Positions 18,290-24,657 of a stretch of 64,000 bases of DNA are shown in pieces. Numbering within the stretch: position 1 is the first letter of the stretch; each line of letters begins with the position of its first letter. The position numbers and the translations under genes were made by a program. The stretch comes from an uncultured candidatus Brocadiaceae bacterium (GTDB lineage: Bacteria; Planctomycetota; Brocadiia; SM23-32). The notes beneath the pieces were generated by a model. That model was not told the DNA's origin. It saw only the letters and a list, made by a program, of their open reading frames with translations, and did not search any database. The stretch covers positions 26,802-90,801 of the forward strand of contig CAZFSS010000001.1 in the NCBI GenBank assembly GCA_964521715.1, given 5' to 3'.

Positions 18290-19180
18290 ATGAGCGAGAC
18301 GGTGCCGTTGCTTCTGGACACGGACATCGGTTCGGACATTGACGACGCCATATGTTTGACCTACCTGCTGGCCGAGCCGCGGTGCGAGCTGCTGGGGGTG
18401 ACGACCGTGACGGGACAGCCGCGCGAGCGCGCCATGCTGGCGGACGCCGTCTGCCGGGCCGCCGGCCGCCGCGACGTGCCCATCATGAGTGGCTGCGACC
18501 GGCCGATCCTCTACCAGCAGAAGCAGCCGAAGGCGCCCCAGGCCGAAGTGCTGCCGGACTGGGACCACCGCGAGGACTTCGAGCAGTACGAGGCGGTGGA
18601 TTTCCTCCGGCGGACCATCCGTGCGCGGCCCGGCGAGGTGACGCTGCTGACCATCGGCCCGCTCACCAACGCCGGCCTGCTCTTCGCCGTGGACCCCGAG
18701 GCGGCCGGAATGCTGAAGCGACTGGTGATGATGGGCGGCTACTACTTCGAGCCGGGCGCGAACGAGTGGAATACCTCGGGCGATCCGATCGCCAGCGCCC
18801 TGGTCTTTGACGCGGACGTGCCGGAGCTCGTGGCCTTCGGGCTCGACGTGACGCTGAGGTGCAAGCTCTCCGCCGACGAGTGCCGCCGGCGTTTCCGGGG
18901 CGGGCCGTTCGACGTGGTACACCAGATGGCCGAAGTGTGGTACCGCCGCGCGGAGCACATTACGTTTCACGATCCGCTGGCCGCCGCCTGCGTCTTCGAG
19001 CCCGATCTCTGCACGTACCGGACCGGCCGCGTCACCATGGACCTCACGAAGGGGGCCACGTACGGGGTCACGCTGTTCGAGGAGGAGCCCGACGGGCCGC
19101 ACCGCGTGGCCAGGGACGTCGACGCCGCGCGGTTCTTCGATCATTACTTCAGCGTGACGGCCGTGTTCAGAGACGCGTAG
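18290..19180 (+). CDS. nucleoside hydrolase (inosine/uridine-preferring, IU-NH family)
   Basis: N-terminal fingerprint LLLDTDIGSDIDDAICLTYLL (DxDxxxDD) of IU nucleoside hydrolases; ATG at 18290 after ggag; only this 3' part of the 531-aa track ORF is coding. Confidence 0.9.
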   Translation: MSETVPLLLDTDIGSDIDDAICLTYLLAEPRCELLGVTTVTGQPRERAMLADAVCRAAGRRDVPIMSGCDRPILYQQKQPKAPQAEVLPDWDHREDFEQYEAVDFLRRTIRARPGEVTLLTIGPLTNAGLLFAVDPEAAGMLKRLVMMGGYYFEPGANEWNTSGDPIASALVFDADVPELVAFGLDVTLRCKLSADECRRRFRGGPFDVVHQMAEVWYRRAEHITFHDPLAAACVFEPDLCTYRTGRVTMDLTKGATYGVTLFEEEPDGPHRVARDVDAARFFDHYFSVTAVFRDA

Positions 19181-19314
19181 GCGCGTCCCGCCATGCTGGC
19201 AAGTGCGATCCGCTTTCGTAGGGGCACGGCGCGCCGTGCCCCTACCTCACGGAGCCAAAGGCGGCCTGCCCGGAAGCTCGGTGTTGAAGTTCCAGCGGGA
19301 ACCTGGCATTGCGT

Positions 19315-20424
19315 TCAGGTGCGCCTGCCGACGGCCCCGAGGACGGCGGCAGTGAAGGCCGTCGAGCCCTCGGTCATGTCCATTTCCGTCTGGAGCGCGT
19401 AGGCCGGGCACGCCGCAGGGAAGCCATCCCGCGCCGCCAGGGCTTCCACCTTGACGGCGTCCTTCTCGGTGGTCACGATGCGGTCGCAGCCATGCGCGTG
19501 CGCCTGCCGCAGCAGCCTCTCGATCTGCCGCGCGCTGTAACGTTCGTGGTCCGAGAACACGCGGAAGAGGGCCGGATTGCAGCCCGCCCGCCGGAGCGTC
19601 AGGCGGAATCCCTCGGGGTTGCCGATCCCGCAGAAAGCGCCCCACCGGCCCTCCGCGAGGGCATCCGGGGGCAGCGCCCTGTCGGGCGCGCGCCCCAGCG
19701 GCCGGAGCCCCTCGACCATCGTCTTGCAGAGCGCGACCGGCACGCCCGGGGCGGCTTGATTCAGCCTCCTCTTGACCTCCTGGACGTGCTCGGGGGCGAC
19801 GAGCTCCGTCCGCGTCATGACGAGGAAGTCGGCCCGCTTCAGCCCCCCCAGCGGCTCCCGCAGCAGGCCCCGCGGCAGCAGACGGCCCGCCCCGAACGGC
19901 CAGACGGCGTCAATGAGGACGACGTCCAGGTCCCGGGCGAGGCGCCGGTGCTGGAAGCCGTCATCCAGTATCAGCACGTCGGCGCCGTGCTCGCGGACGG
20001 CCGTCTCGGCGCCCTTCAGCCTGTCGGGGTTCACGACCACGGGCACGCCGTCCGCCAGCCGGGACAGCATGGCGTTCTCGTCGTCGAGCCCGAGCCCCTC
20101 GTGCCGTCCGTAGCCCCGGGACAGGATGGCCGGCCGCAGCCTGTGGATGACCATCAGCCGGGCCAGCCACGCGGCGAAGGGCGTCTTGCCCGTGCCGCCG
20201 GCCGTTATGTTGCCCACGCTCACGACGGGCGCGGCGGCCCGATGCGTCTTGAGCCAGCCGGCGCGGTAGAGGCCGTTCCTCGCCCTTACGCCGAGCCCGT
20301 AAGCGCAGGCCGCTATGCCCAGGGACACGCGGGCGGCGGCAAGCAGCGGACCCCGCCGGCGGGGGGAGATCACTGCTCTGTGGAACCGGAAAAGGCCTGC
20401 GCCCATCCTGTGCGCCCCCTCCAT
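19315..20424 (-). CDS. lpxK: tetraacyldisaccharide 4'-kinase
   Basis: P-loop VGNITAGGTGKTP and overall LpxK architecture; ATG at 20422-20424. Confidence 0.85.
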   Translation of the reverse strand: MEGAHRMGAGLFRFHRAVISPRRRGPLLAAARVSLGIAACAYGLGVRARNGLYRAGWLKTHRAAAPVVSVGNITAGGTGKTPFAAWLARLMVIHRLRPAILSRGYGRHEGLGLDDENAMLSRLADGVPVVVNPDRLKGAETAVREHGADVLILDDGFQHRRLARDLDVVLIDAVWPFGAGRLLPRGLLREPLGGLKRADFLVMTRTELVAPEHVQEVKRRLNQAAPGVPVALCKTMVEGLRPLGRAPDRALPPDALAEGRWGAFCGIGNPEGFRLTLRRAGCNPALFRVFSDHERYSARQIERLLRQAHAHGCDRIVTTEKDAVKVEALAARDGFPAACPAYALQTEMDMTEGSTAFTAAVLGAVGRRT

Positions 20425-20476
20425 GACCAGCCCGCCGCGTGACCGGGCCGAACGCCGGGCGTCCCGGCGGCGTCTC

Positions 20477-20504
20477 TTGCATGACTGCACTGTTTGCATA
20501 CAAT
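20477..20504 (+). promoter_or_regulatory. sigma-70 type promoter (TTGCAT-16-TACAAT)
   Basis: ttgcat gactgcactgtttgca tacaat, about 60 nt upstream of the 20567 start; coordinates +/-2. Confidence 0.45.
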
Positions 20505-20566
20505 ACAGCAGGCGTGCTCCTGCGGCAAGACCAGGGGCAGCCGAACCTCTGGCGGAGGACACGACG

Positions 20567-21583
20567 ATGATCAGGGTCGGAATCATAGGGCTGGGGGGCA
20601 TGGGCAACATGCATCTGGGCTGCTACGCCGCGGTCCAGGGCGCCGAGGTCGTGGCCGTGGCGGACATACGGGAGGAGAGGCTCCACGCCGGCCAGACCTC
20701 CCAGCAGATCAACATCGGCGCGGGCGGCGGCAGGCTCGATCCCGAGAAGCAGAAGCTCACCACGAACGCCGACGAGCTCATTGACGATCCGGACATCGAC
20801 ATGCTGGACATCTGCCTGCCGACGTTCCTGCACGCCGAGCACTGCAAGAAAGGGCTGCAAGCCGGCAAGCACGTCCTATGCGAGAAGCCGATGGCGCTCA
20901 CGCACCGCGAGTGCGAAGACGTGCTGAAGGTGGTCCAGGACGCCCCCGGCAAGCTGATGATCGCCCATTGCGTGCGGTTCTTCCCGGCCTACGAGTACCT
21001 GAACGAGGCGATCGAGTCCGGTCGGTTCGGCCGGCTGCTTGAGCTGTCCATGTGGCGGGGGGGCTCGCCGCCGCGCTGGTCGTGGGAGAACTGGCTCCTG
21101 AACCACGTGCGCAGCGGCGGCGGCATGCTGGACCTGCACGTGCACGACGCGGACTTCGTCCACCACGTGCTGGGCAGGCCGCGCGCCGTCTGCTCCACGG
21201 GAGCCGTGGGACCCAGCGGGGGCTACGACGCAGTGGACACCCAGTACGTCTACGAGGACAAGATGGCCGTGCGCGCCGGGGCCAACCTGGCGCTGCCGAC
21301 CGGCTTCGGCTTCGAGGCACACTTCCTGGCGGCCTTTGAGAAGGGGTGCCTGCGGTTCAGCACCGCCGAGCACGACGGGCTGATGGAGATCACCGACGAG
21401 GGCACCAGTCATCCCGGCCTGCCCGAGAAGAACGGCTACCAGGAGGAGATCGCCTACTTCGTGAGATGCATCCAGAACGACGAGGTCCCGGCCGTCGTTA
21501 CGCCCGAGTCAAGCGCCTTCTCCGTCAGGCTGATCGAGGCGGAGAGGGAATCCATCGAGACGGGCCGCTCCGTGGCGCTCTGA
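20567..21583 (+). CDS. Gfo/Idh/MocA family oxidoreductase
   Basis: Rossmann N-terminus MIRVGIIGLGGMGNMH, motif EKPMAL; GGAGG RBS 8 nt upstream. Confidence 0.9.
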   Translation: MIRVGIIGLGGMGNMHLGCYAAVQGAEVVAVADIREERLHAGQTSQQINIGAGGGRLDPEKQKLTTNADELIDDPDIDMLDICLPTFLHAEHCKKGLQAGKHVLCEKPMALTHRECEDVLKVVQDAPGKLMIAHCVRFFPAYEYLNEAIESGRFGRLLELSMWRGGSPPRWSWENWLLNHVRSGGGMLDLHVHDADFVHHVLGRPRAVCSTGAVGPSGGYDAVDTQYVYEDKMAVRAGANLALPTGFGFEAHFLAAFEKGCLRFSTAEHDGLMEITDEGTSHPGLPEKNGYQEEIAYFVRCIQNDEVPAVVTPESSAFSVRLIEAERESIETGRSVAL

Positions 21584-21601
21584 CGCGGCCCCCGTCCCCG
21601 C

Positions 21602-21835
21602 CACGGCCATCCACCACGGAGACACTGAGAACACGGAGAACGGCAACACCAGGATAAACCACTACGACACGACGAGCACAACGCAGTAATACAGGCTGTA
21701 ACGCCGTGCTCGTTGTGCCGTTGTGGTTGGCTCTCTCTGGTGCGCCGTGTTTCTGCTGTTTGTCGTTCGCCGAGGTCCCTGCCGTCTCTGCCGTTCTCGG
21801 TGCTCTCCGTGTCTCCGTGGTGAGATGTTGTCAGG
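21602..21835. repeat. copy 1 of a ~230-bp imperfect direct repeat flanking the R-M islet
   Basis: Aligns with 24373..24657 (shared cacggcca...cactgaga(c)acggag..aacggcaac..aaccactacgacacgacga.cacaacg.agtaat.caggctgtaacgccgtgctcgttgtgccgttgtggtt...ccgtctctgccgttctc.gtg.tctccgtggtg.gatgttgt); contains internal inverted repeats; coordinates approximate. Confidence 0.7.
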
Positions 21836-22151
21836 CTTCGGCCGCGCGCGCCAGGTTGAGCTCCAGCAGCTTCTCCAGTATCTCCTCGTCCGTGGTGTCG
21901 GGCTTCCAGGCCGGGTCGCCCGTCGTCGCCGCGTAGGCCGCGCAGACGGCCCCGTCCAGCTTCGCGTGTGCGTTGCGCAGCCAGGTGGGCGTCTCGTTGT
22001 AGAGGTTGGTGAGGGTCCGCTTCTTGAGGGCCTTCGCGAACGGCGGGTCCGGGACGGTGCGGGGATAGCGGACCGTGCCGATGCCGTTCTGGTCCGCGTC
22101 ATAGACGTACCGGGCCCAGGGGCCGTCTACGGAGCCGGGGAATTGGAGCAC
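21831..22151 (-). pseudogene. C-terminal remnant of a Type IIL/IIG (MmeI-like) or BREX PglX-like DNA methyltransferase
   Basis: 106-aa ORF with the characteristic C-terminal motif of these large methyltransferases: NLYNETPTWLRNAHAKLDGAVCAAYA...TDEEILEKLLELNLARA; far too short to be complete. Confidence 0.6.
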
Positions 22152-22223
22152 TTCCGCGACGGTCCACTCGGGCGGGTTGAGCCAGCGCTCGCGCAGCTCG
22201 TTCAGTTCCCGTGCGGCGAGTGT

Positions 22224-22857
22224 CTACGGCCCAATGCCGATGATGACGAGTGGGACGGGAGGGTTGTTGCGCCCGTGGCGCATTATGTTGTAGACCTCCC
22301 CCTCGAAGTACGCGATGCCGGTGGACATCAGGCGGCCGCCCTCGGGATCGCTCATCATCGCTTTCACCGGGAGAATCTCTATGCCGACGTCGATGATGCC
22401 GCCGGCGTAGAATAGCAGATGCTTGACGAACAGGTCGTAGGCGACAAACGCGTACTTGCCGAACTGTACCTCGATGGCGATTTGGTCCTTGACGAAGTCG
22501 GTCTGTTTATACGACAGGATCGGCTTCGTTACGCCGTGCTCCTCAAGGAACCTCTTCTGGTCGTCAAGGGACAGGTTCACAACTTGCTCTAACAGCTTGC
22601 GGTCAGTCGTCACGTAGTACTCGTACCGGACGCCCTGCCAGCCAGCGGCCTCGGGCCCGACTTGCGAAGCCGGCGTTCAACATGTGCGGGCTGTACAGCC
22701 TCTTCCCCTTCATCGTTTTCTCTTCGCTTACCTTCGTGCGGCACTGGTCGGCGTGTACCTGCGCGATCACGCAGTTGATTTCCCCGTAGAGACTCCGATG
22801 GTGTACGAGAAGGAACTCCTCGCCGTTCAGGTGCGAGTATACTTCGACTATCCTCAC
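22224..22857 (-). pseudogene. BglII/BstYI-family type II restriction endonuclease, split by a frameshift
   Basis: The 84-aa ORF (22603..22857, MRIVEVYSHLNGEEF...) and 129-aa ORF (22224..22613) are in different frames. The C-terminal part (KPILSYKQTDFVKDQIAIEVQFGKYAFVAYDLFVKHL...IDVGIEIL) aligns with the BglII catalytic core (DFLGTDIDFGKRDTLVEVQFSNYPFLL). Combined length of about 213 aa matches BglII (223 aa). Confidence 0.65.
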
Positions 22858-22899
22858 TGTTGGGGTCCCTCCCCGGCGGCCTGGCTTCGTCTATGATGT

Positions 22900-23793
22900 T
22901 TATGTGTCGAACAGAGAAGACGTCCGCGTGTTGCTGGCGGGCTCTTTCGGCTTGTATATGGGCTTATTCATCGGCCGAACGCGAAGTCTGCCCGCAGCCG
23001 CGGCCCTTATGCGTTCCTCCGCGATGTCGATGTACTCCTTCACTATCTCCGCACCGTGGCCGCTGCGCGCATGGCGCACAGCCGCAACGATCGTCGTCCC
23101 GACCCCAGCAAACGGATCGAAGACGGCATCCCCCGGACGAGTCATGGACAGCACGAGCCGCTCTACGAGGCCCACGGGGAACTGGCACGGATGCGCAGTC
23201 TTCTCCACATGGTTGCTCTTGACGTTCGGAATGTCCCACACGTCGCCGGGGTTCTTCCCCCGCGGGTCGCAGGAGTACTCGCCTGCCTTCGAGCCCTTGA
23301 AGTACTTCTTGCCAGGGTACTTCTGCGGGACGCGCACGGGGTCGAGATCGAAGAAGTAATCGTCGGTCTTCGTGTACCACACGATGGTCTCGTACCGGCC
23401 GGAGAAGCGGTTCTTGCAGTGCAGTCCGTGACCGAAGCGCCACACAATGCGGTTGCGCATCTTCAGACCTAAGTCCGCGAAGACCGGGTACAGCAGGGAG
23501 TCCACCGGGACGATCGCGCCGTTCTTCACATAGTTGCCGACCTGCCAGCACAGGCTGCCGTTCGGGCGCAGCACGCGCACGCACTCCGAGATGACCTGGC
23601 GCTGCTGGTCGGCGTAGCTGTCGGGGTCGATCCTGCTCTCGTACTCTTTGCCGATGTTGTACGGGGGCGAAGTAACCACAAGCTGGATGCACTCCGTCGG
23701 CATGGTGGAGAGCATCTCCAGGCAGTCCCCGTGGTACAGAGTGACAACGTTGTCGACGTGGAACGACTGAGCTATCTCGACTTGCCTGAGCAT
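22900..23793 (-). CDS. beta-class DNA methyltransferase (N4-cytosine/N6-adenine, M.BglII-like)
   Basis: Motif IV TSPPY N-terminal to motif I DPFAGVGTT (beta-class order); LYHGDCLEML N-terminus; ATG at 23791-23793 with GGAGG RBS 7 nt upstream; appears full length. Confidence 0.85.
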   Translation of the reverse strand: MLRQVEIAQSFHVDNVVTLYHGDCLEMLSTMPTECIQLVVTSPPYNIGKEYESRIDPDSYADQQRQVISECVRVLRPNGSLCWQVGNYVKNGAIVPVDSLLYPVFADLGLKMRNRIVWRFGHGLHCKNRFSGRYETIVWYTKTDDYFFDLDPVRVPQKYPGKKYFKGSKAGEYSCDPRGKNPGDVWDIPNVKSNHVEKTAHPCQFPVGLVERLVLSMTRPGDAVFDPFAGVGTTIVAAVRHARSGHGAEIVKEYIDIAEERIRAAAAGRLRVRPMNKPIYKPKEPASNTRTSSLFDT

Positions 23794-24371
23794 TCCGGCA
23801 CCTCCGAGCGCTCGGCGTTCTGCAAACGGATCGGCGTCCATTCTACCGTTCCCGTCGGCGAAAGCAACCTGCCCAACGCCGGCGCAGGCCAGGATGCTGA
23901 GCGCGGATCGGGCAGCTTGGAGAGGCGTATCTCGTGGACCTCGACGGGCGTGGCGGTGAAGTTCGTGCGGACGATGATGCGGTCCATGTCGGACACGACG
24001 AGGAGGGGCGGGTTCTCGAGGTCCTCGCGGTACTGGAGGAGCTGATCGTAGGCGGCGTCGAGGTCCTTGTGCTTGCCCTTGTGTTCCCAGGCGAAGAAGC
24101 CCTTCTTCCATACGTCGGCCCAGTCGTCGCCGCCGCCGTGCTTGGCGGCCCCCTTCTCGAAGGTGAACTACTCGCCGGTCGGGTCGGCCTCGGCGGGCTT
24201 GGGGTGGTCGACGAGCTCGCAGAGGTCGAGGAAGTGCTGCTGGGAGGCGGAGCGCTCCGAGAGATCGGCGGTGCCCCACTTCTGGATGAACCGGACGGCG
24301 TCCATGCGGATTGTGCCCTCCTCACTCCGGGCAACCCCGTGAAAGGTAACAGAACCGGCGGCCGGGGTCAA
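23772..24371 (-). pseudogene. N-terminal remnant of the same Type IIL / PglX-like DNA methyltransferase, with in-frame TAG
   Basis: Conserved N-terminal signature of MmeI/PglX-like enzymes: FIQKWGTADLSERSASQQHFLDLCELVDHPKPAEADPTGE*FTFEKGAAKHGGGDDWADVWKKGFFAWEHKGKHKDLDAAYDQLLQYREDLENPPLLVVSDMDRIIVRTNFT. The TAG at 24168-24170 replaces the Trp codon found in intact homologs; the reading frame ends at 23772. Confidence 0.6.
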
Positions 24372-24372
24372 T

Positions 24373-24657
24373 CACGGCCAGGACGGCACACCACTGAGAC
24401 ACGGAGGACACGGAGAACGGCAACGATGGGGTTAACCACTACGACACGACGAACACAACGAAGTAATGCAGGCTGTAACGCCGTGCTCGTTGTGCCGTTG
24501 TGGTTAGCTCATTCTGGTGGGCCGTCTCTCTGTTGTTCGTCGTTGCCCCAGGTATCTTCCGTCTCTGCCGTTCTCCGTGTGCTCCGTCCGGCCTTCGTAG
24601 CCGAAGCCACTTCGGCGGAGTAGGCTGTCTCCGTGGTGGGATGTTGTTGGGGGGGAC
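24373..24657. repeat. copy 2 of the ~230-bp direct repeat (carries an extra ~40-bp hairpin-containing insertion)
   Basis: Aligns with 21602..21835; extra segment ccggccttcgtagccgaagccacttcggcggagtaggctg containing the hairpin gccgaag-ccac-cttcggc; the repeat abuts the mutS stop codon (24657-24659); coordinates approximate. Confidence 0.7.

Noticed and set aside
17585-19180. 531-aa plus-strand ORF treated as a single gene
   Set aside because: Only the 3' part from the ATG at 18290 (nucleoside hydrolase) is protein-like. The 5' 700 bp is antisense to the CYTH gene, which has clear family motifs.
21602-24657. Islet considered as a prophage or integrative element
   Set aside because: No integrase, recombinase, transposase or phage structural genes are present. 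Only R-M-type genes lie between the repeats, so the mobilisation mechanism is left open.
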